From an uncultured Nitrospinota bacterium (lineage in GTDB: Bacteria > Tectomicrobia > Entotheonellia > J063 > CAVPRW01), in the NCBI GenBank assembly GCA_963707985.1, contig CAVPRW010000014.1, positions 250,869-314,868 on the forward strand: a stretch of 64,000 nt of DNA, written 5' to 3'. Numbering within the stretch: position 1 is the stretch's first letter; each line of letters opens with the position of its first letter. The notes beneath the pieces were generated by a model, which was not told the DNA's origin, did not search any database, and saw only the letters and a program-made list of their open reading frames with translations. Shown one piece after another: positions 1 to 10,637 of the stretch. The position numbers and the translations under genes were made by a program.

Positions 1-1
1 G

Positions 2-1135
2 GTCATTCCGCTCGACGAGGGGCTCAATCGCGTCCTTGCCGAGGACATGATTGCGGGTTTCGATGTGCCACATTTTGACCGTTCTGCCGTCGATGGCTAC
101 GGGGTGCGCGCACGCGATACGTTCGGTGCCTCCGATTACAATCCCCTCCCCCTGACGCTCAAGGGTGAAATTTTTCCTGGCCGCGCACTCGACCTTACCC
201 TCGGCGCCAACGAGGCCGTGCGTATCATGACCGGCGCGCCGCTGCCGGCTGGAGCCGATGCGGTGGTCATGGCGGAGTATGCCGAGGAAAATGAAGACAA
301 GGGATACGTCAACATTCTGCAGCCCATTTCTCCGTTCAAGAATGTTGGCCGCGTCGGTGAGGATATCCGCTGCGGGGATGTGGTGTTGGCGCGCGGCCGC
401 CGGCTGCGCCCTCAGGATCTGGGCGTCCTGGCCTCGGTTCAAGTGGCCAAAATCCCTGTCTATCGTCGGCCCACAGTAGCGCTGATCATCACCGGTAATG
501 AGTTGGTCCGGGTTGGCGAACCGCTGATCGGCTGCCAGATCGTCGACAGCAACTCGTTGACCTTGGCCGGTCAGAGTCGACGTTTGGGTGCAGTGCCGGT
601 GCACAAGGGGATCATTGGCGATGACTACCATGTCATCAAAGACACCATTCAGAAAACCACCGAGGACGTGGTGATCATCGCCGGCGGGACATCAGTCGGC
701 GCCGAGGACTTTGCCCCGCTCATCATCCAGGAACTCGGCGAGCTCGTGGTGCATGGCGTGGCGATGCGGCCGTCCAGTCCAGTGGGGTTTGGCTTCATCC
801 GGCAGCAACCGATTTTCCTCATCCCCGGTAACCCGGTCTCAGCGCTGGTGGCCTTCGATGCCTTCGTCGGCCCCACGTTGCAGCGTCTGCAGGGCCTGCA
901 GCCCGCTTATCCGTATGCCAGGGTGCGCGGCATCCTGACCCGTAAAATCGCCTCTGCCATCGGCCGCGTCGACTTCGTGCGCGTGCGCTACACCGCGGCC
1001 GGGGTCGAGCCCTTACGCGTGACTGGCGCCAGCATTCTGTCCTCGACCACACGCGCCGATGGTTTCGTCATCGTGGACAAGAACTCCGAAGGCCTGGACG
1101 AGGGGCAGGAGGTGGAGGTCTACATCTACTCATGA
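2..1135 (+). CDS. moeA: Molybdopterin molybdenumtransferase MoeA, paralogue 1 (5' end outside window)
   Basis: Frame is open from base 2 (VIPLDEGLNRVLAED...). Motifs PHFDRSAVDGYGV, RIMTGAPLPAGADAVVMAE, TGNEL, GGTSVG, PGNPVS. Confidence 0.95.
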   Translation, partial: VIPLDEGLNRVLAEDMIAGFDVPHFDRSAVDGYGVRARDTFGASDYNPLPLTLKGEIFPGRALDLTLGANEAVRIMTGAPLPAGADAVVMAEYAEENEDKGYVNILQPISPFKNVGRVGEDIRCGDVVLARGRRLRPQDLGVLASVQVAKIPVYRRPTVALIITGNELVRVGEPLIGCQIVDSNSLTLAGQSRRLGAVPVHKGIIGDDYHVIKDTIQKTTEDVVIIAGGTSVGAEDFAPLIIQELGELVVHGVAMRPSSPVGFGFIRQQPIFLIPGNPVSALVAFDAFVGPTLQRLQGLQPAYPYARVRGILTRKIASAIGRVDFVRVRYTAAGVEPLRVTGASILSSTTRADGFVIVDKNSEGLDEGQEVEVYIYS

Positions 1136-3114
1136 AACAGGAACAATTTCTCCACGTACTGACGAAGGAAGAAGCCGAGGCCATCTTCCATCAACACATC
1201 ACTGTGGCGCCGTTGGGTGAGGAGTGCGTGCCGCTCGATCACTGTCTCGGGCGAGTGTTATCACGCGACGTCGTTGCCGCCGTCGACGTGCCATATTTTA
1301 ATCGTTCGAATGTCGATGGCTTCGCGGTTGTCGCCGCCGACACGTTTGGAGTGGACGAGGAAAGTCCCACCGAGCTCAGCCTCAGCGGCGAACACTTGGC
1401 TCCTGGTGTCGTGCCGCAGGCGGAGGTCCAACCTGGGATGGCCACGACCATCGCCACTGGCGCGATCATTCCGAAAGGGTCCAACGCCGTGGTCATGGTG
1501 GAAGACACCGATTGCCGTAGCGACGTGCTGTATGTCTATCACCCTGTGGTGCCGGGTGAGAACATCAGCAATGCCGGCCAGGACATCATGCAGGGGGAGA
1601 CCATCCTGCGCGAGGGGCAAGCGTTATCGTCGCGGGAAACAGGGGTATTGGCGGCGCTCGGCTGTGCCGAGGTGTGGTGCTACCGCAAGCCACGCGTGGC
1701 CATCATCTCCACCGGGGACGAGCTTATCCCTCCCGGCCAACTGATGACGGAGGGCAAAGTCTACGATTCGAATGCACGCATCATCGCCGACGCCGTGCGG
1801 GAGAACGGCGGCGAAGCCTATTTCATAGGTATATGCCCGGACGACGAGACGGCCCTGGAGGAGACAATTCGGCGCGCCCTGGTCCATGACCTGATCATCC
1901 TCTCAGGCGGTACCTCCAAGGGGGCTGGGGACCTTTCCTACCGTGTCATCGCGCGTTTGGGGCCGCCAGGTATCCTCGTGCACGGTGTCGCCCTGAGACC
2001 CGGAAAGCCGTTGTGCCTTGGGGCTGTGGGGCGTACCCCCCTCGTCATCCTCCCCGGCTTTCCCACCTCGGCCACCGTCACCTTCCAGGAGTTTGTGCAG
2101 CCGCTTGTACGCGTCATGGCCGGACTGAACCGTGAGGAGCGTCATACCATTCCGGCCCGTGCGGCGGTGCGCTTTAACTCCCGCAAAGGACAGCTGGAAT
2201 ACGTGTTGGTCCATGTCGTACGCGGCCAGGCAGGCTATACCGCCTATCCCATCGGCAAAGGCTCGGGCTCGATGACCACCTTTAGTCAGGCCGATGGCTT
2301 TCTAAAAATTCCCACCAACCAGGAGATGCTCGCCAAGGACGAGGCGGTGCAGGTCCACCTGTTGAGCCGTGATTTACGCTTGGCCGACATCACCATGATC
2401 GGCAGTCATTGCGTAGGGGTGGATTTTCTGGTGAACTGCCTCAGACGGGAAGGTATCCAGGGGAAGATCATCAATGTCGGTTCGTCAGCAGGTTTGCAAG
2501 CGGCGCGACGCGGCGAGGCCGACATCGCAGGGATGCACTTGCTCGACGAACAGACTGACGAATACAACCGGCCGTTTGTCAAAGCGGGCGATGGGCTGGC
2601 GCTGGTGCGAGGTTATGTACGGCGCCAGGGGCTCCTCTACCGACCGGGGGATGACTGGTCGCAACCGCCGACGTTCGAACGTCTCGTCGGCATGGCTGCA
2701 ACGGAGGGCAAGCTCGTCCTGGTCAACCGTAATCGTGGCTCGGGTACGCGCATTCTCTTTGACATGTGTCTGCGGACCTGTGCTCCGTCGCTGTCGATGT
2801 CCTTCGACAAGCTGACGGAGAGCTTGCGCGGCTATGATACAGAGGCCAGATCGCACAATGCCGTGGCGGCCTCCATCGCATTGCGGAAGGCCGATTGGGG
2901 GTTGGGCATCGACACCGTGGCGCATGACTATCACCTGGCCTTCAGCTTCATGCAGGATGAACATTATGACTTTGTTATCCCTGCCGACAAGGTATCGCAA
3001 CCGGCTATCCAGCAGTTTCTCGAACTTCTGCGCCGTGACACGGCGCGTGCCGGACTGACGCATCTCGGATTTCAGGTCCCTCCTGACATGGGAACGATCC
3101 TACTCATCGCCTAA
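1132..3114 (+). CDS. moeA: MoeA fused to a C-terminal periplasmic-binding (PBP-like) domain, paralogue 2
   Basis: N-terminal ~410 aa MoeA (RSNVDGFAV, STGDEL, SGGTSKG, RPGKP, PGFPTS). C-terminal GSHC..D, VGSSAGL, GYVRRQGL, VNRNRGSGTR typical of MoeA-PBP fusions. ATGA overlap with the upstream gene. Confidence 0.93.
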   Translation: MKQEQFLHVLTKEEAEAIFHQHITVAPLGEECVPLDHCLGRVLSRDVVAAVDVPYFNRSNVDGFAVVAADTFGVDEESPTELSLSGEHLAPGVVPQAEVQPGMATTIATGAIIPKGSNAVVMVEDTDCRSDVLYVYHPVVPGENISNAGQDIMQGETILREGQALSSRETGVLAALGCAEVWCYRKPRVAIISTGDELIPPGQLMTEGKVYDSNARIIADAVRENGGEAYFIGICPDDETALEETIRRALVHDLIILSGGTSKGAGDLSYRVIARLGPPGILVHGVALRPGKPLCLGAVGRTPLVILPGFPTSATVTFQEFVQPLVRVMAGLNREERHTIPARAAVRFNSRKGQLEYVLVHVVRGQAGYTAYPIGKGSGSMTTFSQADGFLKIPTNQEMLAKDEAVQVHLLSRDLRLADITMIGSHCVGVDFLVNCLRREGIQGKIINVGSSAGLQAARRGEADIAGMHLLDEQTDEYNRPFVKAGDGLALVRGYVRRQGLLYRPGDDWSQPPTFERLVGMAATEGKLVLVNRNRGSGTRILFDMCLRTCAPSLSMSFDKLTESLRGYDTEARSHNAVAASIALRKADWGLGIDTVAHDYHLAFSFMQDEHYDFVIPADKVSQPAIQQFLELLRRDTARAGLTHLGFQVPPDMGTILLIA

Positions 3115-3128
3115 GGGGAGAGCCCAGG

Positions 3129-4334
3129 ATGTTCAGCTTCGAGGAAGCCAGACAACGTGTGCTCGAACGCGTGGAGCCTTTGGCCGAGCGCGAACAGCTG
3201 GTGGTCAAGGATGCCTTGGGACGCATTCTCGCCGCTGATGTGCAGGCGCCACTCGACATCCCACCGTTGCCGAATTCGGCACGTGATGGCTACGCCCTGC
3301 GTGCTGCAGACCTCGTGAGCCATGGGAGTGCACGCTTGCAGGTGGTGGCTGAGGTGCCTGCGGGACAATACTGTGACATCGAAATCAAAACGGGCCAGGC
3401 GGCGCGCATTTTTACCGGGGCTCCGATGCCGCCAGGCGCTGATACGGTGGTCATGCAAGAGTACGTGCAGCGACATGACGATGTCGTTGAAGTCCCGGTC
3501 AATGCCGTCAAAGCCTTCGATAACGTACGCCCACGCGGTGAGGATGTGGCAACCGGCGATGTCGTGCTGGAGCGTGGGACGTATATTCGCCCGCAGGAGG
3601 TTGGCATTTTGGCGGCATTGGGCCTAACTCATGTGGCGGTGTACAAACGGCCGCGAGTGGCGGTGATCTCCACCGGCAATGAGGTGGTCGAGGCCGGAGA
3701 GCCGCGTGGACCGGCGCAGATTTTCGACAGCAATCGCTACTCCCTGATTGGCTTACTGGAGGTGCTCGGCGCCGAAGCCCTGGACTTTGGCATCATTGGC
3801 GACGAGCGTGACGCGCTGCGGCAAGCCTTTCTTCGTGCCAGCGAGCAAGCGCACGCCATTCTGACCTCGGGAGGGGTGTCGGTGGGCGCATATGATCTGG
3901 TGCGCGACATCCTCAACGAGGTTGGCAGCATCGATTTCTGGCGCGTCAAGATGCGACCAGGAGGCCCGCAGGCGTATGGCCGCATCGGGCCAGCCTATTT
4001 CTTTGGGCTCCCAGGCAATCCGGTGTCAGCTATGGTGGTCTTTCTCGAAATCGTCCAGCCGGCGCTCTGGCGGCTCACAGGACGCAAGGATTGGCAACCC
4101 ACCCGCTTTCGTGCCCGCCTGCGGGAAACTATCCGCAAGCGTCCAGGATTGATGGAATTTCAGCGCGGCATCATAACCTATACTGACCTCGGTTGGGAAG
4201 TGACGACTACCGGGCCACAGGGTTCGGGCATCTTGCGCTCAATGGTCCAGGGGAACTGCCTCATCTTCCTGGCAGAAGAGCGCGGCGATTATGAACGTGG
4301 TGAAGAGGTATGGGTCGAACCATTTCCGATGTGA
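3129..4334 (+). CDS. moeA: Gephyrin-like MoeA (Glp type), paralogue 3
   Basis: NSARDGYA, RIFTGAPMPPGADTVVMQE, STGNEV, SGGVSVGAYD, GLPGNPVS, GPQGSGILRSM; GGAG upstream. Confidence 0.95.
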   Translation: MFSFEEARQRVLERVEPLAEREQLVVKDALGRILAADVQAPLDIPPLPNSARDGYALRAADLVSHGSARLQVVAEVPAGQYCDIEIKTGQAARIFTGAPMPPGADTVVMQEYVQRHDDVVEVPVNAVKAFDNVRPRGEDVATGDVVLERGTYIRPQEVGILAALGLTHVAVYKRPRVAVISTGNEVVEAGEPRGPAQIFDSNRYSLIGLLEVLGAEALDFGIIGDERDALRQAFLRASEQAHAILTSGGVSVGAYDLVRDILNEVGSIDFWRVKMRPGGPQAYGRIGPAYFFGLPGNPVSAMVVFLEIVQPALWRLTGRKDWQPTRFRARLRETIRKRPGLMEFQRGIITYTDLGWEVTTTGPQGSGILRSMVQGNCLIFLAEERGDYERGEEVWVEPFPM

Positions 4335-4350
4335 TGCCAGACTAGGGAGC

Positions 4351-5578
4351 TATAGACTTTAAGAAAAAGATTTTCTGAAGAGGGGTTGACGTGCCGCCAC
4401 ACATCGGGACAAGGCCTACCAAAGAAACATCACTCCCATGTTGTCTTTGGAGGAACGTCCCGATGTGCAGCGTCCGTTTTACCCTCACCACACAGTCCCG
4501 TAAAGCCGTGGCACGCCAGCTGAAGACGGCCCAGCAACCAGGGCCGCTTACGCCAGGTCAAGTCTTGCCTCGCCCTCCTCGCCGTCGGGAACGGCCGGAG
4601 TTTGGCAGAGGTCGCAGGGGTCTTGCGCGTGCATGAGAAGACTGTCGCCGCGTGGATACGCCGGTTCTGTTGCGAGGGGCTCCACGGGGTCCCGCGCCAG
4701 CAGCCCCCAGGCCGTCCCCCCAAACTGACCCCGATGCAAAAAGCCGCCCTCACCACCCTCATTGACGAGGGACCGATTAAGGCTGGGTTTAGCAGCGCCT
4801 GCTGGCGCTCGCCCATGATCCAACAGCTGATTTACGACCGCTTCGGCGTCTTCTACAACGTCTTCTACAACGCTCAATTACTCAAGAACCTCGGCTTTCG
4901 CTACCAGAAGGCTGCCTTTGTCTCCGCTCATCTCACCGAAGCGCAGCGCCACGAGTGGTGTACCACCATCTGGCCCCAGATATTGCGCCTGGCAACAGCC
5001 CAACACGCCTTGCTGCTGTTTGGCGATGAGGCCTCGTTCCCACAGTGGGGGACGCTGTCGTACACCTGTGCCCGTCGCGGGCACCAGCCGCTGGTCAGGA
5101 CATCCGGCAAGCGCCAAGGGTACAAAGTCTTTGGCGTGATCGAGTACTTCACCGGGCGCTTCTGGTATCAAGGCCAGGAAGGACGGCTTAACTCTGCAGC
5201 GTATATCACCTTTCTCACAAGCGTATGGGAACAGACCACGCAACCCATCCTGCTCATTCAGGATGGGGCCCGGTATCACACGTCTACGGCAATGCAGCGC
5301 TTCTTCGCCCTGCACACCGAGCGCCTCACGGTCTTCCAGTTGCCGAGCGACTCGCCGGATTATCATCCGATCGAAAAGCTCTGGAAGAACGTGAAAACAG
5401 AAGGCACGCATCTGCACTACTTTCCCACCTTCGAAGCGCTTACGGACACAGTCGAGCACGCACTGCTGAAGTTTGCCACTACGCCGGCAGAGATTCTCTC
5501 ACTGTGCAGTCTACCGACAGAAATGACCATGGCGGCTTAAGCGCCCCTGGCCAGCAAATCTTTTTCTTGAAAGCTATA
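4351..5578 (+). mobile_element. IS630-family insertion sequence, probably defective
   Basis: Imperfect terminal inverted repeats TATAGACTTTAAGAAAAAGATTTTCTG (4351-4377) and reverse complement TATAGCTTTCAAGAAAAAGATTTGCTG (5552-5578), 23/27 identical. TA at both outer edges, the IS630 target duplication. Confidence 0.9.
4464..5540 (+). pseudogene. IS630 DDE transposase, frameshifted near the N-terminus
   Basis: ORF 4602-5540 has an HTH, PGRPPKLT and DDE motifs GDEASF, QDGARYH, SPDYHPIEKLW. A plausible N-terminus (MCSVRFTL...) lies upstream in another frame. Confidence 0.85.
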
Positions 5579-5699
5579 TCCTCAGCGATGAGCACGAGTC
5601 CCGCAAGCCTCCGAGCACCATAGTCCCTTCTTCTAGTAGCCGCACCACATCAGCGCCCACCACGCGTCGCCAGGTGGCAAGCTTCTTGTGACCCATCGC

Positions 5700-5798
5700 A
5701 GCTACGGGCACTGCCATGCTCCGGCTGCTGACTGCATGAGATTTCTACCCCATTTTTCCCCCATTTGGGGGAATTGTCCAGAGCTTTGTTTCTACTTA
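5700..5798. repeat. Copy A of an imperfect direct repeat (IS-end-like, internal hairpin)
   Basis: TTCTACCCCATTTTTCCCCCATTTGGGGGAATTGTCCAGAGCTTTGTTTCTACTTA aligns with 6817-6872; weaker similarity extends upstream. Confidence 0.75.
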
Positions 5799-5925
5799 CG
5801 ATACAGTCTAACTCACATGGCCACGGTTGGCGACTCCGTTGATTTCTTGGCCACGGAGAGAGTATGCTGCACGCCAACGCCAACGGTCATAACGTGTACA
5901 GAGGAGTGGTAAGGGAGAAGCGCCG

Positions 5926-6591
5926 ATGACCACTGGAGCTCTGGTGTCGCCAGCCATCGAAACACTGGCCGACCTGCACGCGCGGCTAGGCCACGTGCCG
6001 CTGCAGCGCATCCGTTGCCATCCAGCTCCGGGGACCGCCACAGAAGCGGATGTACTCGTCTATCCCAGGGGAGAGAAACGCCTGTACGAACTGGTGGATG
6101 GCGTGCTCGTGGAGAAACCGATGGGGTATTACGAATCGTTATTAGCGGCCATTCTTATCGGCTTTCTCAGCAGCTTTCTCGAGGCGCACGACCTGGGTCT
6201 GGTGCTTGGAGCAGATGCCACCCTACGGCTCGCGCCTGGACTGGTACGCCTGCCAGACGTCTCGTTTCTTACCTGGGAGCATTTTCCTAATCGCGAACTC
6301 CCTGCCGAGCCGGTTCCCGATTTGGTGCCCGATTTTGTCGTCGAAGTGGTGAGCTCAGGGAACACCGCGGCGGAGATGGAGCGCAAGCTGCAAGAGTACT
6401 TTGCTGCCGGCGTTCGGCTTGTCTGGTATGTCTACCCAGAACAGCGCACAGTGCACGTCTACACCAATCTGCACGATCTTCGTATACTCCACGAAGCAGA
6501 TCGCCTGGATGGTGGCAGTGTCTTGCCGGGATTTCAGTTGCCGATTCAGCAATGGTTTGCGCGGGCAGGGCGACGCCGGGGCGACGCCTAG
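5926..6591 (+). CDS. Uma2 family (DUF820) putative PD-(D/E)xK endonuclease
   Basis: YELVDGVLVEKPMG, VRLPDVSF, VPDFVVEVVS, KLQEYFAAGVRLVW, VLPGFQL. Confidence 0.92.
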   Translation: MTTGALVSPAIETLADLHARLGHVPLQRIRCHPAPGTATEADVLVYPRGEKRLYELVDGVLVEKPMGYYESLLAAILIGFLSSFLEAHDLGLVLGADATLRLAPGLVRLPDVSFLTWEHFPNRELPAEPVPDLVPDFVVEVVSSGNTAAEMERKLQEYFAAGVRLVWYVYPEQRTVHVYTNLHDLRILHEADRLDGGSVLPGFQLPIQQWFARAGRRRGDA

Positions 6592-6872
6592 CCGTTGGCG
6601 GCGTGCTCGTCGTCGTGCCGATTTACCTTGCCATGGTGCTCCCAGCACGGCTGCCCGCTGAACATCTCCTCAGACTGCTCCCAGATGGCGATGGTCAGGC
6701 CGCCAAGACGCGCCGACCACAGGCTGCGTGATTCCTTCTGGCCGGAGCCGCACCACCTCATCGCCAGCCACGAAGCGCCGGGTACTGCCAAGCGCTGTCG
6801 GCTGATGGCGTATGACTTCTACCCCATTTTCCCCCCCTTTTGGGGAATTGTCCAGCGCCTTATTTCGTCTTA
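6588..6872 (-). mobile_element. Copy B of the repeat: probable IS end remnant with a stub of a basic ORF start
   Basis: Homologous to 5700-5798. On the minus strand it leads to ATG(6634)...SARRRARRQRL, cut off at the Uma2 stop. Its right edge truncates an amidohydrolase fragment. Confidence 0.5.
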
Positions 6873-7501
6873 GGCTCATCGAGGAAGGGGCGCTGGCCGA
6901 CTTCCAGCTGCTGGACGGCAATCCGCTCGCCAACATCAACCCATCGCCTTCTCGTCACGACCCTGGCCGCTCTCACCACCGGAACCATCAGCGCTATGCT
7001 AGCAATCCAACGAACAACCAAGAGGAGCATACGGCGCAGTACAACGCGGAGTTCGCCAGGTACGACAAATATCCCGACGAGTGGATGGGGCCGCGCGGCG
7101 TGGCGAACGACAAGACGCGCCATCTCGCCTGCGCCGGTGCGTGGGGCCTGTTCCCGAACAAGGACGCTGTCTACATCAACTACAACGGCAAGCTCCCCGC
7201 CAACCAATGCCACACGGCCACTTATACGGTGCCGGAGAACAAAGGCTTCTGGTCCATCACCGTCTATGGCGCGGACGGCTACATGAAGAGCGCCAACAGC
7301 GTGCTCAACCAGTACAACACGACGTTCAACGCTGACGGCACGTTCACGGCCTATTTCGGCTCCAAGGAAGTCTGCGACGACGTGCCGAACCGGGTGGACG
7401 TGTCCGAAGGCTGGAACTTCCTGATGCGCGTCTACCGCCCCGGCGAGTCCGTGCTGCATGGCAGCTACAAGCTGTCGGATGCCGTGCCCAGCAAGAAATA
7501 G
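6873..7501 (+). pseudogene. Chimeric remnant: amidohydrolase C-terminal fragment plus DUF1254/DUF1214 C-terminal fragment
   Basis: IEEGALADFQLLDGNPLANIN (amidohydrolase tail), followed by GAWGLFPNKDAVY, FWSITVYGADGY, GWNFLMRVYRP (DUF1214). Confidence 0.75.
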
Positions 7502-7519
7502 CCAGAAGGAGGAACGATC

Positions 7520-8780
7520 ATGAGCATGCAATCGCACATCGTCGTCTGGGTTATTTTTGCATTGGCGATGTTTGCCAGTGCCGACTGTGTCGCCCAGGTC
7601 ACTCCCGCCGAGGCACGCGCCATCGCCAAAGAGGCTTACGTCTACGGTTTCCCGATGGTGGACAACCTGCGGGTGCAGTACGCCTACTTCGTGGACAAGG
7701 GGAACCCGGAATACAAGGCGCCGTACAACCAGCTCTTCAACATCCCCAGGGTCTACACGCACGAGGACCGCGCTATCCAGAGGCCCAACTCGGACACGCC
7801 TTACTCGTGGATCGGTCTGGATCTCCGCGTCGAGCCCATCGTGTTCACCGTCCCACCCATCGAGAAGACGCGGTCCTGGAGCCTGCAGCTGATCGACCTC
7901 TACACGCACAACTTCGACTACCTCGGCACCCGCACCACGGGCAACGACGGCGGCAGTTTCATGATCGCTGGACCGAGCTGGAAAGGCGAAACGCCCCAGG
8001 GCATCAAGAAGGTCATACGCTGCGAGACCGAAATCGCCTCGGCCCAGTTCCGCACGCAGCTTTTCAATCCTGGCGATCTCGACAACGTCAAGCAGATCCA
8101 GGCGCAGTACATCGTGAAGCCGCTTTCGGCCTTCCTGGGCCAGCCCACCCCGAAGGCCGCACCAGCGATTGATTTCCCGAAGGCGCTGACACCCGACGCG
8201 CAGAAGACCTCGTTGGAGTTTTTCCGGATCCTCAACTTTGGCCTGCAGTTCTGCCCGATGCCTCCGTCCGAGAAGGATCTCATGGCGCGGTTTGCCAGGA
8301 TCGGCGTCGGTGCGGGCAAGACCTTCGATCCCGACACGCTCTCGCCCGAGATGAAGAAGGCCATCGAGAGCGGCATGGCCGATGCCTGGGCAGAGGCGCT
8401 GTATCCGGCCTACTTCGTGGATGCCGACGGCAAGCAGCCGACCGGTGCCAACCGCTACACCCTGCGCTTCGCGCCGGGGCAGCTGCCACCGGTCGATGCC
8501 CTTCTGGTCGCTGACGATGTACGACGATCCGGCGGGCCTGCTCGTCGCCAACCCGCTCAACCGCTACCTGCTCAACTCGACGATGCTCCACCAGTTCAAG
8601 CGCGATGCCGACGACGGACTGACACTGTTGATCCAGCACGAATCCCCGGGCGCCGACCAGGAAGCGAACTGGCTGCCCGCGCCGAAGGGGCCGTTCGGCA
8701 TGATCCTGCGCCTCTATCTGCCGAAGGCCGAAGCGCTCGATGCCACGTGGAAACAGCCGCCGCTGCAGCGGGTGCAATAG
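7520..8780 (+). pseudogene. DUF1254/DUF1214 secreted protein with internal deletion and frameshift
   Basis: Signal peptide, AKEAYVYGFP, PNSDTPYS, DLRVEP, YLGTRTTGN. ADAWAE joins ALYPAY directly (~8395). The C-terminus (FWSLTMY, NWLPAPKGPF, LRLYLPK) is in a second frame from ~8500. Confidence 0.85.
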
Positions 8781-8917
8781 CGGCGCTGGCCGCCCGTATC
8801 ACCAGGGCCATCAGAGCAATGGCATCAATCCAGGGAGCAACAAACATCGGAAGATTTCATCCGTCGCCGGGCAACCGCGAACAAGCCGTTCTACCTAATT
8901 CACTCGTTTGGACGCCT

Positions 8918-10489
8918 GCATAACGATACCTACACGGCGCCCGGCTATGCCGGGAAAAGTCCCGCCGGCTTTCCGCATCGCGATGCGATTGTCGAGGTGG
9001 ACGATATCGTCGGACGCGTGATGCAGGTGCTGCGCGAGACCGGCCAGGAAGAGAACACGCTGGTCTTTTTCACCAGCGATAACGGCGGCAACGAAGACCT
9101 GTGGCCTGACAGTTGCGTATCAGCCCTTCCGTGGCGGCAAAGGGCACCACATGGGAAGGCGGCGTGTGCGTCCCCGGCATTGCCTACTGGCCGGGCACGA
9201 TCAAGGACGGTCGCATTTCCGATGGTTTGTTCGACCTATGCGACCTGTTCAACACCGCCGTGGCGCTCGGTGGCGTCGCGGACAAGATTCCGACCGAACG
9301 TTACATCGATGGCGTGGATCAAACATCCTTCCTGCTTGCGGATGACGGTCAATCGCGCCGTGATGCAGTCTTCATGTACTCCGAGAATGTGCTGACCGCC
9401 GTCCGCTGGATGGAATACAAGGTGCACCTTATGGTCTTTCTCAATCAGGCCGAGCGGCGCAATCTCGATGAAAGCATCCTGGTGAGAACCGGCATGGCGC
9501 CCTGGGTTTACAACCTCACCATCGAGGACACCGGTCCACTGACGAAGAAGCGGATGGAGACGATCGACGAGGAAACCCTCGCCGCCGCCAAGGATTTCAT
9601 CACCCGTCAGTACCAGGCAGGCAAACCATTCTTCGTCTGGTGGAACGGCACCCGGATGCACTTCCGCACGCACGTGAAAGCGGAGCACCGCGGCCTTTCC
9701 GGCCAGGATGAATACGGCGACGGCATGGTGGAGCACGATATGCAGGTGGGCGAGCTGCTAAAGCTGCTCGATGGTCTCGGCATCGCCAATGGCACCATCG
9801 TGCAATACTCGACTGACAATGGCCCGCACTTCAACACCTGGCCCGACGCGGGGAACACCCCCTTCCGCAGCGAGAAAAACTCCAACTGGGAAGGCGCCTA
9901 CCGCGTGCCCTGCTTCGTGCGCTGGCCCGGCCACTTCCCCGCCGGCATGACCCTCACCGGCATCGTGGCTCACGAGGACTGGCTGCCCACTTTCGCCGCC
10001 GCCGGCGGCAACGCCGACATCAAGGAGCAGCTCAAGTCGGGCGTGGAACTCAACGGCCGCACGTATCGCAACTACATCGATGGCTACAACCAGCTCGACT
10101 ACCTCAGCGGCAAGGCAAAGCAGTCGCCCCGCCACGAGTTCATCTACGTGAATGACGACGGCCAGATCGTGGCGCTCCGCTACGACGACTGGAAGGGCGT
10201 GTTCCTCGAGAATCGCGGGGTCGCCTTCGGCGTCTGGCGCGAGCCGTTCACCGAACTGCGCGTGCCGATGCTCTTCAACCTGCGCCGCGATTCCTTCGAG
10301 CGCGCGCAGCACAACGCGAACACGTACAACGACTGGGGCATTGATCGCGGATTCGTTCTCGTGCCCATGCAGCAACTGGCCGCCAAGTTCCTCTTGACCA
10401 TGAAGGACTACCCGCCGAGCCAGACGCCGGGTTCGTTCAATCTGGAGAAGATCCAGAAGATGATCGAGTCCGGTGCTGGCGGGAAGTGA
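8918..10489 (+). pseudogene. Two fused arylsulfatase C-terminal fragments; catalytic N-terminus missing
   Basis: Sulfatase motifs occur twice: FTSDNGG...KGTTWEGG..VP...WPG and YSTDNGP...KNSNWEGAYRVP...RWPG. Junction near 9518, frameshift near 9120, no CxxxR motif. Confidence 0.85.
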
Positions 10490-10503
10490 TCCGTGGCATC
10501 GCG

Positions 10504-10540
10504 GGCGGGGTGCTTCGTATGGCGAAGCGCCCCGCCTTTT
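10504..10540 (+). terminator. Rho-independent terminator
   Basis: GGCGGGGTGCTTCG-TATGG-CGAAGCGCCCCGCC followed by TTTT, just after the sulfatase stop. Confidence 0.75.
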
Positions 10541-10637
10541 CAGAAAGCATCGCTCAGATGCCATGCCCATGGTTCAATGCCGTATACAAGCTGCATCAGC
10601 CACACCATGACACCCGAGCAGCAAACAATTCAAAACC

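Noticed and set aside
4540..4610. Programmed frameshift in the IS630 transposase
   Set aside because: The shift is near the N-terminus with no slippery A-run, unlike the mid-gene sites typical of IS630.
6860..8560. Long antisense ORFs (also 11665-13131, 43510-44775, 61163-62731)
   Set aside because: They are shadows of GC3-biased genes on the opposite strand and have no recognisable motifs.
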